From Lama glama (taxonomy: Eukaryota), in the NCBI GenBank assembly GCA_028534125.1, contig CM052816.1, positions 48,734,001-48,798,000 on the forward strand: a DNA stretch of 64,000 bases, given 5' to 3'. Each line of letters starts with the position of its first letter. Within the stretch, counting starts at the first letter, position 1. Below are positions 1 to 13,820 of this stretch, piece after piece. The notes beneath the pieces are model-generated. The model searched no databases, had not been told where the DNA came from, and was given only the letters and a program-made list of their open reading frames with translations. The position numbers and the translations under genes are program-made.

Positions 1-1400
1 CAACAGAGTCCAATAATACACCAAGAGCTTGTCTCAAACAATATACAATTAACTGCTTAGATAGCAAGGTCTTGCTCCTGATCTGCAGGGTCCTATGTTG
101 TGATTCTCCCACTGCAGTTTGCTGTAAACTCTACATGGCATCAGTTTCCACCACTGACAGCTCCATCACAGTAGGCTTGCTGATTCTCATGGCCCAAGAA
201 GCAAGGCTTGGAATACTGAGCTGATATAGTGTCCTTTCCTTCTCCAGACTCCCCTGAATTGAGGCAGCTTTTTGTGCTACCCACTGTGTGTAAAAGAAGA
301 ATAATTCTAGTAGTGTTATGTATTGCCTCCAGAATCTGAAGAGACCCAAAGTCCATTGTATTTTCTTATTTGTAAAAGAGGATGCAAGATAAGGCAAATT
401 GTCTTTTACTTTCGAAGGAATGTCATGGGTTGCCCTGACTAATGGGCCATTAAAACCTTAACTGAAGTAGATAGTATTTTTGATTTTTATAGGGTTTATT
501 TCCAACTCTCTGGAATGTATGTATCATATCAAGGGTCTCAGCATGTAATTTACGTCTTGATTATCTTGCTTTATCAGCAAGGTGTCATTGATGATGATTG
601 ATTGATCAATGTGATATTCTTTTGGATGTCCAGATGGTTCTGCTATCTTTTAACTACTTCAAGATATAGTTTGGGAGCCTTAATTTAGCCCTAAGGCAAA
701 TCTGAAAGTGTGTATTTTTGTTCTTTTTCATAAATGTAAACTATCTGATCCATTTTCCTGGTTATAAAAGAAAAGTGCACATGCACTAAAACAGTGATTA
801 TATACCATGTTCCAGAAGCTGCATTAATCTCTAGCAACAGTAGCATACCTGGCATGCAAGATACTCTCAGCTTCACTGTTTAATTGAGATTCTAATGGCC
901 TACAATCATTCTCTGGTCTCCGCCTGCTTTTTTGCAGGGATCAAACTGATAAATTAAACAATGATAGGGACTACTACTGTTGCTTCATTTATATCTTTAA
1001 AGGTAGCAGTGATCTCTCCCATCTTCCCAAGATACAATATTGACTTTTATTTTTTATCTTGTCTCTGTTGGAGAGCAGCCGTTGAGACTTCCACTTGGCC
1101 TTCTCCACTATGATAGCTCTCATTATACAGGCCATGATCCAATATGGAGCTTACTTCACTTGCTAAGTATCTCAATTCAGATTATATGTTAATGAGCTGA
1201 GGAAATGATACTATTAATGGGCTGAGGAAATGAAATTGGGTCTGTGGAGTCAATATAATAACAGTTAGCCGGACTTTGTCTAGGATTTCACTTTTTGAGT
1301 GGTCTCCACTCTAACAGGGAAGCCATAATGATAGTTCAGTTCTCCGAGTATTAATATCAACTCAAATCCTGTATCAAAATATAACTCCTCACCTGTATGC
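1..1400 (-). pseudogene. pol: ERV-L protease and reverse transcriptase remnant
   Basis: Aspartyl protease DTG at 1375-1367 (DTGFELILILGELNYHYGFPVRV). RT segments in ORFs 691..876 and 131..397. The catalytic YIDD is degraded to IIND near 595-572. Confidence 0.85.
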
Positions 1401-1779
1401 AACTATAGGAAAGAAAATAGGAATTGTTGCTTCATATATTTGATATAATATTGTCTTCTTTGTTCTGGTGACTCAATTATCTCTTCAGTCAAAGGGACAG
1501 CGCAGTGGTTCAGATCTGGAAAATGTCCAAGGAACTGTAACTTTTTATTGAGACAATACCTTCAGCTTCATACTCAACCATTTTGCCTTTTTAGTCCTAC
1601 TTTGCTGCCCATTTATTTTGCCTTTAAGGACACCAGCTTTTATTCATCATATTAATGACTCTGTAGGTCAAAACTCTCTGTCTTGAACTCCAGACTTATT
1701 GGTCATTGTGATATTTGTGATCCCCTGGCTGTTATAATTTAAGTGCTGCCACCTGATAACAATTGGTTCTGAACTCTTG

Positions 1780-2310
1780 ATCTTCATTGGTATCAACAAA
1801 TGAAGCTCTACATTGTCTTCTACCGGCAGCCTGGTCTGCAGCAGAAAGCCACTGCTGCCCTTCTTAGTGATGTTGGTGACCTTCTCATTAGCACATTTCT
1901 AGTAGCTTGGTGGCTGGGTGAGTACTCTGGGCCTTCCTGTGAAACAAATCTGGTGGGACACTTGCTCCCATATGATATATGTACTCCATCATCCCTGCTT
2001 CCTTGATTACTGCAATCCCTTCTTAAACCTGAAGTTTCAGGGATTTCTGCTTTGCTCAGTATAATCCATATTTTCTTTAGCCCTATAGAAGCCAACCTAG
2101 CACTGAGTTTTTATCCTTCAGGATTCTTGCCAGTGTGTAAAATTCTGTATCCTGAGAGAATGTCCCAAATTTAATAAACTCTTCCTTAGATTTGTGTTCT
2201 GGCCCTCTTGATCAAACACCTTCAAAATCCTGTATCAGCCTTACTCTCTTGGCAGCTGCTGGTATGTGCTAGTTAATCCTTATAACTTTCTTTGTCATCA
2301 AGTCATTTTC
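1780..2310 (-). pseudogene. gag: ERV-L gag remnant
   Basis: ORF 1820..2095 ends EGPEYSPSHQATRNVLMRRSPTSLRRAAVAFCCRPG, similar to ERV-L Gag EGPED..RNRFVRGAPASLKSSVIALLCRP. Upstream frames give ILKVFDQEGQN and EEFIKFGTFSQD. Confidence 0.75.
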
Positions 2311-5300
2311 TTCTCATATAAGACTTAACATATGCCATGCTGGGTTTAACTTTGACCAAATGCCTTTATTAACATGGAATCTAGGAGAAGAGGTAGGACA
2401 GATCCTGAGGTGAACCCATTTGACTTGTGAGAGATATATCTGCATTGTTTTCATACAGGAAGTAAGTATAGCCTTTATATAAATAATAAGGTATAATATG
2501 TAAGCAACTTTTGTATACTTCTTCTTAAATAACATCTGTATTAGCAGTAACAAAAATGTCTCACTGTGTTTGAATTTAGATAAACTCATATTTTACACAT
2601 TGACAATAATTTTACAGTAACTATTCTATTTTTAATTGAAGCCAAATTACTGTACTTTCTCTCATTATCTTGTTTTAATGTAAATCTATGCAATACTATT
2701 TTTAATGAACTTGTATAGGCAATGTTTTCATTTAGCTTGCTCATTTTAACAGTCAAATTAATGTCATAAACAGTTACCTAACAATCATAAAGAAATTCCC
2801 ATTAGAGTGAATACCATAATGCTAAAGAGTTCTGTTTAATAATATTGATATAATACTATTATGGGTGGCCTATACTTAACAACTTCCTATTAGTCTAGTT
2901 ACACTTAATCATTTCTGGTGAATAATCCTGTTACACAAATCAGTGAGCTAATACCTGTCCAAGTAAGAGTTACTAATAAAATATTGAGGCAAATGCACTT
3001 TGTTCTAAATACAGGCTGAATTTTTCTTTCAACTCCATGTACCACTGTACAACTCAAATGTTTCAAAAAAAATTAGTAGCTTAAAACATCTGATTACACT
3101 CAGAAATTCATAAAGCGAAAGTATATGAATTTTAAAAAGAAACAAAAGGTTAGAAAGTTAAACATTATAGGAAATACTCTATCTTTTTTTCTGAGGTGAT
3201 TCAGAGTTTTCACATTTATTTATTCACTAGAGTGAGATTTGGATGCTTGGCTTTTGCCCATAGATATTTGGCCTGAAGTTAGAATTCCATGTAGAGTCCA
3301 TTTATACCCATGTTTGGGATGCTGAATTATTGTCTCCTTGACGATTTCGTTGCCTCAGAGAGAGCAAAGTGATTTAGCCTAGTTCAATTTCAGCGAGTAG
3401 ATAACTTTGCCCTTGCACATCAGTTATCTTGAATCACAGCTGACTCTGTTAGGTGTTATGTCATTCCACATTTCACTCTGTTTGTGCAAAACCCAGATTC
3501 AGTTTAATGCTTTCTGACCTGTGCAAGCTGGGTAGCTCACACAGTATTAGACAGAAATAATGAGCATTTAGTAGGATCCAGGGCTAATTTATTGTGAAGT
3601 GTTGATGCATGTGATCCCTGGCTGCTTCTCCTGAAGTTGGTTATTCTAGAAACAAATGTCAATCAAATGAGTCATGTACAGTAATGGTATACCCAGAGAA
3701 AATTGAAATGATAGTAATACCATATTATTTCATTTCCTTTTGTGGTATTTATTTCTTATAGTATCTAATAATCACATGAGTTTCATGATTAATCTGAATA
3801 TAGAACATTGAAAATTGGAACCTAGATGTTTGTGCTTAAAAAAAGAAATCTAAATCTTTAGGTAGACAGAATTCAATGTAAACATTCAAATAGAAAAAGT
3901 TAAGTCTGAAATTTTGGACAGCCTAACTCTACATTTAGAGATGTATTTCTATGAAATTTAGTTTATGCTCCATGGAAGACATTCTTAAACAAATGCAATG
4001 ATAACTTTGGTTTTGTTTAAGACTACAACATTTTATACACTGTTTTTTTTCTGCAAGAAAGAAAGGAAGACATCAAACAATATTCCTACAAGTAAATATT
4101 CTAATGGTCATTAAAAAATTCCAGTAGAATAGTTTACCATATGTGCTAAAAGGAGGTATAAGCAAATTCAAATATCTATATGAACTTCCATGATGTTATG
4201 AGTTAATATTTCTCAATTCTGCAATATTCAGCATTTTTTGCTCTGAAGAGTAGGAAATCTCGGGTCTTAATCTCCCTGTGGTCAATTTTACTTCATGACT
4301 AGTGACCCATTCTCCCCTAAGCAACTGATTTCCTTTTGTGCCCAGCTTAATGACAATGAGCTAGATAATATATTATGTTATCATTTTTATTAGTACTATT
4401 TTCACCTGTTGCCTCGAATAGTAAGTTTTCCTCTTTTAACTTGATGGCACAATCATATATGTGACTAGATAATGTATTCATAAAAATGTATTTCCTATAC
4501 TTTGTTTGTAACATTTTTGATTCTATGATTCTTCTATTCTCTCTATTCTTTCACTCGGCATCCTTCATATCAGGTTTAACAAGCACATCTGCAAGGTTAC
4601 ATGGGCTAAGTATATGCAAAATTCTTAGCAGTTGGCTAAACAGGACCATTTTTCCTTTTACTGATCCTAAATGTACCTATACCTTGAGACACCATGGCTG
4701 TGAAGCACTGCCTTAGAGCTTTTCTTTGTAGCATAAATTTTACCTCCAGAAAAACTCTATTAATTGTTACTGAACAGATAAAACAAAGTTTGCCTACTAC
4801 AGAGATAGCCCTGTCATTCTTCCTTTGCCTAAACAAGTGTTGGGTTATCTGCCAAGCAGGGATAAAGAGACTAGTTAGGGAAAGATTTGTGTGTGGAGAG
4901 TGGAGAGGACTGGAGAAAGGAGGAAGGGAAAGAGAGAGGGAGAAACACACACAGAGAAGAAAACAGAAAGAGAAAAGGAGAGATTGAATTGATTTTCAAA
5001 CAAAGGAGGAAGGGAGTCAAATGTCATACATTCATATAATTGTATTAAATATGATGATATAGTTCTACATGATTCATAAAAGCAGATATCCTGGCCATGG
5101 GAAAAAAGCTGGGAATAGCCAGAATAATTCTCAGAATTTACCCAGGCTGAAAATAGTTTGATTTCCTAATAGAGGGAAGAGGATTCACAATATATAGAGC
5201 ATTAGGTACAGTTTCTCAGGAGGATCATGCCTTAGATTGTTCCTCAGAAACCAGGCATGCCAGAAACAAAGAAAATAAAAGTTTAAGTGCTAAAGAAAAA

Positions 5301-5797
5301 AATCAAACCATAATTCTATACTTAGTGAAAATATCTTTTGAAAGTTAAAAAAAGATGAGGAGTGGCGGTGTTGAGATAATCTATTGCCAGCAGAATCACC
5401 TTAAAAAATCTAAAAGAATTTTTCTGATCCAAAGAAAATGATAGCAGTTGGGAAATTGGATAGAGACAATTTAATGATTGGATATGGTTCTTGTGAAGGC
5501 CAGTATACTTCTGAACCGCCCATATTCCTCGTGTCTGCACCCAGCCCTATTTTCTGCCAGGTACACCCCAGAATCAATGCCTCTGGCTTAGTGCCTCAGG
5601 GGCTTTAAAAAATACTGCTCAGCTCTTCAGCCTCTCAGCTGCCTCTTCTGGAAAGATATTCCTATAGGTAAGGCAGCCACAAAGCTCTACTTACTTATCT
5701 GAATTTCTGTTTTTCTACATCATGGCCCAGTGATTTTTCACTCTCTTATTAACTCTCTGATATCTTCAAAAAGACTTTTTAAAAATACATTCTTCAG

Positions 5798-5900
5798 GCA
5801 GAGCACAGAGGATTTTTAAGACAGGGGATATATAGGAACTCTGTATTTTCTAGTCAGTTTTGCTGTGAACCTAAAACTATTCTAAAAAATGAGCCTATTA
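5798..5900 (+). mobile_element. Short, internally deleted L1MC-type 3' end fragment
   Basis: agagcacagaggatttttaag...atataggaactctgtattttct...ttttgctgtgaacctaaaactattctaaaaaat resembles the L1MC 3' terminus. Confidence 0.6.
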
Positions 5901-6499
5901 AAATATTTTTGTACATTTTTAGTTTTACTCTAGAGGGTGAACAAAATACCAATTTTTTTCATGATTAGAAGTTTATTAATTTGTTGTATTAATCCTTAAA
6001 TATCCCCAATAAAACTAAAGCTTAGAATTGAATGAAAAAGGACAATATTCTGGTCTCATAATTTTCCTTTCCACTTGACTTCAGTCTCTATATTATTTCC
6101 AATTTTTTATGTTCTAGTGCACAACTGCAGCATTTTTATCGTGGTAATTATGAAATATTCTTCAATGGGGAGTCAAGTGCAGTTGTATAGCCTTTTTGTT
6201 GTCTTCTAGAGTTAATCTTTGTTACCAAACTTCTTTCCACCCCTCCTTGAGCTCTCTCTCCTGAAATACTTTGTCCTTTGAACTGGTCTGGTATTCTGGG
6301 AATTTTCTTCATCAGTCTTCTTATTTGATTCTCTATATCTTGGATCACATAGCTTATTCTTTTATATTTTATTCCTAATTTTGAGCAAAATACAGTCTCA
6401 AGTTTGATAAGAGAAAAACTATAAGTGTACCAACATTTTTGAGATATAGATCCGAAAATATGTTTAAAAAGAAAAAAATAAGCAAGCAAACAAAAAACC

Positions 6500-8090
6500 T
6501 TGTACTTTATTGAGATAGCAATTTGGGAAAGCTGGAACTGGTTTCCCTTCAGATTTTTGAAGCCAATATATTACTGTCTTCTCTCATCTACCTTTGCTGC
6601 TGAGAATGCTATTACATTTTACAATTTACATATTACAATTCCTAGTCACTGACTTTTTTCTATCTCCTTCTCTTTCTGGAAATTTCCTTGTTGCTGTGAA
6701 AGTTCATAATAATGCAGTTTATATGTATGTGTATTTTTAAATTAATTGGTAAGACTGATCTATTTCAACATGGTTGCTTATGTTCTGTAATTCTAGGAAA
6801 TTTTCTTATTTATTTGATTTATTCCCTTCTAGTTTCTCTACTCTCAGTTCCTAGAATTCTTATTAGTTGAATATAATCAACTAATAGGATCTGCACTTTT
6901 TAAAAACTGTAAATTCCTTTGTGTTTTTCTTTTTATATTCTATAAATCTCTTAGAATTTAGGTCTCAATATCTTTTACCTCTGTCATGTATTTCATATGT
7001 GAGAGTATATTATTTTCTCATTTTCTTCATTAAACAATCCTATTCACATTTCATGATCAATATCAACCTATCTGATTAAGCCATTTATAATTTTAAAATA
7101 TTTCCTATATTGCTATATTGTTGCTCCTTTCTGTATGTTTCTTTTCCTATCGGCCCCCTGATTCCTGTTTAAGTGTTTATCTTTCATATTTAACCATTTC
7201 CATAAATGGCTGGTGATTATTGGTAGTCCAATCATATTTGAAACTGAAACATTAAGTAATTTATTGAAAGCTCTGTTTACATTGGTGGGACTTATGGATG
7301 TCTCCATGGAATATGCTGATGGGAATCCAGATATTTCATTGGTATGTAGACAAATGTCAGAATGTAAAGCTACTATCTTTGTTCAGGTTCTCCATAGAGG
7401 GAAGCACCAATTTCTTCTGTAATAAGAGATGTGTGTGTGTGTGTGTGTTAGGATGAGAGTCCAAGAAGGAATGGGTGAGATGGGACTTTAAGGTATATTC
7501 CAGTGCTCCTGGAGATTTGTGGCATAAGGGGACTGTCTAGCCGTCATGAATTTAGTAATTTGTCTTTTAATTAATATCTCTGTTTGCTGTAAAACATTTC
7601 CCTGTCTGTTGTTATTCATGATTCCTGGGTCTAGATGATTTATAGTTTAGTAAATTCCCCTGTCTCTGGTTAGAAAGATAGAGGGGTGATGATGGCAAAG
7701 AAGCATGATAGTTGGCTCACAGCATGGAATGTGGGAGAAAATTGGGGTGCTAATTGCCATTAGACTTTCAACCATTTTTTATGTTTCCCCCATCCCTCAC
7801 TGTCAGTGATACTTGATTCCTTTAATTCCTGAGCCTTATCAAGCATGTTCCTTGTTTCAAGGACTTGCTTTTTCCTCTTGCAACCACTTGACAATAAGTT
7901 TCCTCATCTTTAGTAGCTTCTCTAGATATTTTTAATCTTCAAAAAGCTTGTTTACACTTTTAATAATACTTTCTTCCCCTTGCTTGTATTGAATGTTGGG
8001 TTAATGCTAGTTTATTGCTCCAGTCTAACTTATTGGCAATACAGGACGGAAAGATAAAAATGTTTGTAATCTATTATGTTTCACCAGAAG
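6500..8090 (-). mobile_element. Very old L1 (L1ME-like) ORF1/5' region, highly degraded
   Basis: T-rich antisense L1 signatures (ctaggaaattttctt, tttctctactctcagttcctagaattcttattag). No intact frame. Confidence 0.4.
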
Positions 8091-8394
8091 TCATATAAAA
8101 TAAAGTTTACCCTTTATCTAAATCTAAATCATTAAGATTTTTTTCTTTGCTGTTATCCAGTGAACTTAACTATTTTCGTATATGTTAATTGCTAATTATT
8201 TGTACACATATTGTCAAAACACCTTATAGGTAAGTGACTTTAGGTGATGTTCCATTTTTAATGAGAGAATCGCATTTTGTGTAATTTATTACCAGACCAA
8301 TTTAGTTAAGAGAAACAAAAGTGATTCAGCTGTTGAAAGCCTAACTTAAATGCTTATCTGATATGTACTCAGTCTATGCTTAAGAAGTAAGTTC

Positions 8395-8935
8395 TGATAA
8401 AGAAGTGTGGTATACATACAGTGGAATATTATTCAACCATGAGTAAGAAAAATTTTTGCTATTTGAGACAACAAGAAAGAATCTTGACAGAATTATGCTA
8501 AATGAAATGTCAGACAAAGAAAGACAAGTATGTATGATCTCACTTACATGTGGAATATAAAAAAGTTGAACTCATAGAAACAGAGTACAGTGGTAGTTAC
8601 CAGGGGATAGGGTGAAGGATTTGGGAAAGGTTGGACAAAAGGTATAAACTTCCAGTTAGAAGATGAGTAATTTCTGGAGATCTAACGTACAGTGTGGTGA
8701 TTATAGTTAATAATATTATATTATACTTTTGAAAGTTTCTAAGAGAGTAATCTTAAATGTTCTCACCACAAAAAAAAGAAATTGTTATCATGGAATGTGA
8801 TAGAGGTGTTATCTAAAGCTATGGTGATAATCATTTTGGAATATATAATCTTATCAAATTAATATGTTGTACACCTTAAACTTAAACACTGTTATATGTC
8901 AATTATATATCTCCATAAAGCTGGGGAAAAATAAA
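8395..8935 (+). mobile_element. 5'-truncated L1MA9/10-like 3' end with probable TSD
   Basis: End of ORF2 (gataaagaagtgtggtatacatacagtggaatattattc) plus a complete 3'UTR ending ataaagctggggaaaaataaa. Flanks aagtaagttc (8385-8394) and aaataagttc (8933-8942) match 9/10. Confidence 0.85.
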
Positions 8936-9944
8936 TAAGTTCAGTGGAATGCGATTATATGAGTATAAAATTTAAAGGGAGAAATACATTTGTATAATAA
9001 AATAAATTGTTTAAATGAAAATGGATTGCAAAATAAACATATTTTATAGAATAAAAGAGCTCCTTATATCAGTGTTCTCTATTAGAATGTGAAATGTTTT
9101 CCTTGAAAAATAATAATATCCTAGTTTCTTCCACATTTTTCTTGAGAGAGAAGGCCATGAGTTGGGGCAAGTATTTTCTAAATTCATGATATCTACTTTA
9201 GAGTTTTATTAGAAATTTCTTTAATTTTATGCAGGAAGAAATGGGTTAGTTTGATGAAACTATAAGCTGATACAATTTGCAAAATGATGGATAGTTTCTT
9301 TTTCCCCAACCAGAAACCAGAGTTTATTCATAATTAAAGTTATATTGAGTAAAAATTCAATTTCAATGATTTCAATATGCCACTCTTCCTAAAGCAAATT
9401 CATTTATTATATGTCAAATACCACTGTAAATGTGTGGCATTAGGAGTGCAGCACTTTTGTGAATGATTCATTGTTTAGTATATTAACTTTTGGAAAGGAA
9501 AATTAGAGTCATAATTCTTCTGTATCTAACTTGAAACATTTTTATATAAGAAAAAGATAAATGATTCTTCTTTATATTTCATATATCTTAAATAAAAGAA
9601 TGATTACTATTGAATAAAATAAACCTTGAAAGGTAAAAAAAGCTTAAAAATTAATTTCTAGTTTTTATTGTCCAAAACATGACAAACTCCATTTCACATC
9701 AAAGAGATTTTCTATAATTTTATATATCAATGGAAATTTTGTATACATACTGATTTACAAATCAATCTTTTGAATGACTGACTTTTAAAATAATCAAATT
9801 TTGAAGTCCTTGCATCAGCAAAATTAAAACTAAACTGATTTTTAGGCATTAATTAAAATCTGATATTTGGATTTTGCATGAGTAATTTTGAAATGATATC
9901 TGTAATTTATTGAGTGCTGTGCTTTTCATCAATCATCTTCCTTT

Positions 9945-10295
9945 AGTACATCCAATCAACCACCAAAAACAGTTGATTCTTCCTCAGAAGAGCCCCGACT
10001 TAATTTTTTCATTCTTTACATTTCAGATGATCTTCCAGGATGAAAGTTCTGAAGTATTTTCTCATTTTACAAAGACAGAAGTTTAAAGTGTTTGTAATAG
10101 TTTGATAATCTACTGTGATCTAATCCCTACCTAATTCTCCAAGTTGATAACTTACCATTCTTCATCAGGTTCTTCAGTTCAGTTTTTGAAACATCACCTC
10201 TTCTCTGACAAACATAAAATCTCTACTTCTTTATATTGTCACAATGCACAGAAGATGTGCCCATTAAAGATTTGATGAGTGAATGAAAGATTGAG
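9945..10295 (+). mobile_element. L2 LINE relic (3' region)
   Basis: catccaatcaaccacc...gtgatctaatccctaccta, ending in an L2-type tail (gatttgatgagtgaatgaaag). Confidence 0.45.
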
Positions 10296-10513
10296 TGAAA
10301 TTTAGTTCCACTAACTCCCCTTTCGTAAAAGATTTGTTGATGTGTTACCACTTACATAACTTTCTTCTGTTCTAATGACATTTTGAATTTGCACGAATAT
10401 GGTGCTTATAATATTCCTAAAGATGATTGTGTATAAATTTATCACTACCTCTAAATTGTACATTTATAATTATGTGCCATCTTTTGTCTTTTAATTGCTT
10501 ACCTCATGAGCAC

Positions 10514-11085
10514 TATTAGTCTGTTATTTATTGCTGAACAGCATAACACTCCAGGACTTTGTGATTTAACCCATTCCAAAACTTGGTGATATAAAACAAC
10601 AGCCATTTTATGTTTTCCTGTGATCAGGATTCAGGAAGGGTTTAATAAGGATGAATTTTCTTTGCTCCTTACTGAGGCTGAGGGATTATTATGGATTGAT
10701 AAATCTGACCTTACAGCTAGGATGGCTGGAATGCTGAGACATCTCTGCCCTCATAGTCCATTATCAGTCAGAACTTCTCTCCCCTGTGGTTTTGCACCCC
10801 TCTGTTCTCCAGGACATTCATTTCCATCTAGCCCCCTCAGTATCATAGTCTAGGTTTCCAGGTGTGGTACCCAAGTCTTCCTCAGAGAGTGAGAAAGGAA
10901 GTTGCAAGACTTCTTAAAACCTAGTCCACAAAGTTACTTCTACCTCATTCTACTTGTAAAAGCAAATCACAAGGCCAGCCATATTCACTGTAGGAAAAAG
11001 AGATTCCACCTGTTGATGGGAGGAGTGACAAATCCCATTGCAAAAGTGAAAAATTGTGGCATCTATCTTTGAAAGTAATTTTCCA
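10514..11085 (-). mobile_element. Old MaLR solo LTR (MLT1K/L-like)
   Basis: Antisense MLT1 terminus tattgctg...ccaaaacttggtgatataaaacaacagccattt and internal aagcaaatcacaaggccagcc...gattccacctgttgatgggaggagtgacaaa. Confidence 0.7.
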
Positions 11086-11489
11086 TTGCACTTTATACTT
11101 GATAATTACCTTCCTGCTTAGTTAATATTTCTTATCTGGAAAACAGAAGTTTGGAGTGATTGGTTTCTAAGATACATTTCATTCTAAAATATTGGATAAG
11201 CTCCTTGGATCTAATGGATATGTTTAGTAAATAGGAAGTATAACTTCCTATTTATATTTGATAGGGCAACCCTGGGCTGCTTTTCTAAGCAGGCAAAAAA
11301 ATAACCAAGACAATGATGAGAACATCATTCTTGCTAAATTTTGAATGAAAATTAAAAATGAGTATCCTGAATTTACAAATTTTCTGTAAAATTTTTCTTC
11401 TATCTCTATGAGCATAACCAAGGAAGACTAGCTTCTATACTATGAAAGTCGTTAACAATTTTGATATTGTTTTCACACAAAACAAACAA

Positions 11490-13820
11490 AATTGGTTTCG
11501 TCGATCTTTTCTTCTTTTTGGTCTCTATTTTATTTATCTCTTCTCTGATCTTTAATATTTCCTTCCGTCTGCTGATTTTGGGCTTTTTTTTCATCTTTTT
11601 CTAATTCTTTTGGATGGTAGACTAGGTTTTTTAATCAAGATTTTTCTTGTTCCTTGAGGTAGGCCTTTATTGCTATAAACTTCCCACTTAGAATTGCTTT
11701 TGCTGCATCCCATAGATTTTGGAAAGTTGTTTTTTTTTTTCCATTTTCATTTGTCTGGAGGTATTTTCTGATGTCTACTTTGATTTTTTCACTTACTCGT
11801 TTTTTTTTTTTTTTAGTAGCACATTGTTTAGTCTCCACATATTTTGTTTTCCCCATTTTTTCCTCATGTAATTGATTTTTGGTTTCATACTGTTACATTT
11901 GGAAGAAATGCTTGATAATTTCTATCCTTTCAAATTTATTGAAACTTGTTTTATGGCCTAGCATGTGATATATCTTAGAGAACCTTCCTTGTACATTTGA
12001 AAAGAATAAATATTCTGCTTTGGGATGAAATATCCTGTACATAATATCTATCAAGTGTAACTGGTCTATTGTGTCATTTAAGACCATAGTTTTTTGTTTT
12101 GTTTTGTTTCGATTTCCTTTCTGGATTGTCTGTTCATTGATTTAAGTGGGGGTGTTAAATTCTCCTACTATTATTGTATTATTTTTGATGTCTCCCTTTA
12201 TATCTGCTCTTATTTGTTTTATATATTTAGGTGTTCCTGTATTAAATGCATATATGTTAATGAGTGTTATATTCTCTTCTTGTATTGATCCCTTAATCAT
12301 TATATAATGTCCTTCTTTGTCTTCTGTAATACATCTTGTTTTAAAATTTATTTTTGTCTGGTATGAATTTTACTACCCCAGCTGTCTTGTCATTTTCATT
12401 TGCGTGAGATATCTTTTTCCATCCCCTCACTTGTAGTCTGTGTGTGTCTTTAGTTCTGAAGTGAGTTTCTTATAAGTAGAATATGGATGGGTTTCTTATC
12501 CAGTCAGCCACCCTGTGTCATTTGATTGAAACCTTTAGTCTATTGATATTTAAAATGATTCTGGATAGGATCATTTTACTTATGTACTTATTACTGTTTT
12601 GTTAGTTTGTTTTCTGGTTATTTTTATACTTCTCTGTTCTTTTTTTCTTTTTTTAGTTCTTTCCCATATTGTTTAATAATTTTCTTTAGTTGTATGCTTG
12701 TGTTCTTTTCTCTCCAGTTTTTGTGTATCTATTATATGTTTCTTATTTGTGGTTATCAAGGGGTTAATATATGTTGACCTATAACTATACCTACTTATTT
12801 TAATCTGATAGTCATTTAAGTTCAATCACTTTCTAAAAGGTCTACATTTTTTACTTCTTTTCCCCAAATTTTGTGTTTTTGATGTCATATTTGACATCTT
12901 TATGTTTATCCCTTTACTGATTATTTCAATTAAAGTAAATATTACATTACTTTACTTTTAATCTTTATACAAGTTTAAGTAGTTTATCCTCAGCTTTTAC
13001 TATGTTTGTCTTTACTAGTGGGATTTTTCCTTTCCTATAGATACTTCTTGTTATAGCCTTTTCTTTTCTACTTAAGTGAAGACCCTTCACATTTTTTAGG
13101 GTGGGTTTAATACTGATCAACTTTTGTAGTTTTTGCTTGTCTGAGAAGTTCTTTATCTCGTCTTCAATTCTAAATGATAATCTTCTTGGGGCTAGAATAT
13201 TACATGTTACAAATTTTTTCCTTTTAGCACTTTTACATCATGCCACTCCCTTCTGACCTGTGAAATTTCTGCATAAAAATCATCTGACAATTTTATTGAA
13301 GTTCTCTTGCACATAACTGTTTTTCTCTTGTTGCCTTTAGAATTCTTAACTTTTGCCATTTTAATTATCATATGTCTTGATTTAGGTCTGTTTGTGTTCA
13401 TCTTGTTTGAGACTCTCTATGCTTCCTGTACTTGGATATCTGCTTCCTTCTTCAGTTTTGGGAATTTTTCAGCCATAATTTCATCAAATACATTTTTTAC
13501 CCCCTTTTCTCTCTTTTCCTTCTGGGACCCCATTAATACAAATATTGGTGTACTTGATATTATCCCAGAAATCTCTTAAACTGTTTTCATTTTTGTTTGT
13601 TTGTTTTTCTTTTGGTGTTCTTATTCGGTAGTTTCTATTATTCTGACTTTCCAGATCACTTATGCATTTTTCTATATCACCTAGAATCCTGTTAATTCCT
13701 TCTACTGTGTTTTAAATTTCATTTATTATATTCTTCTGTTCTGACTTTTTTTTTGTATTTTCTAGTTCCTTGATAAATTTCTCACTAAGTTCTTCTTATC
13801 CCCAATTCAGTTAGCATTCT
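11490..13820 (-). mobile_element. LINE-1 fragment: part of ORF1, inter-ORF region and ORF2 endonuclease domain; 3' part missing
   Basis: Minus-strand peptides: ORF1 NRPKSRHMIIKMAKVK; ORF2 EN ETHFRTKDTHRLQVRGWKKI, LIDIMYRIFHPKAEYLFFS..FSKIYHMLGHKTS, TTFQNLWDAAKAILSGKFIAI, KISRRKEILKIREEINKIETK. Multiple frameshifts. Confidence 0.92.

Larger units (their letters stand above)
1..2310 (-). mobile_element. Decayed ERV-L (class III endogenous retrovirus) internal region, gag-pro-pol; continues past the window start
   Basis: Minus-strand translations match HERV-L/MuERV-L motifs in the correct order: gag (ILKVFDQEGQN, EEFIKFGTFSQD, EGPEYSP..RNVLMRRSPTSLRRAAVAFCCRP), protease DTGFELILI, RT (RAIIVEKAKWK, EINAASGTWY, QKYTLSDLP, IINDTLLI), then LGLFRFWRQYI..AQKAAS and PTVMELSVVETDAM. 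Many stops and frameshifts. Confidence 0.9.

Noticed and set aside
4486..4987. Overlapping ORFs of 76-104 aa
   Set aside because: Partly a purine-rich low-complexity tract; no recognisable domain or splice structure.
6148..6489. 113-aa minus-strand ORF
   Set aside because: No recognisable motif; next to degraded L1-like sequence and within chance length for a 64-kb window.
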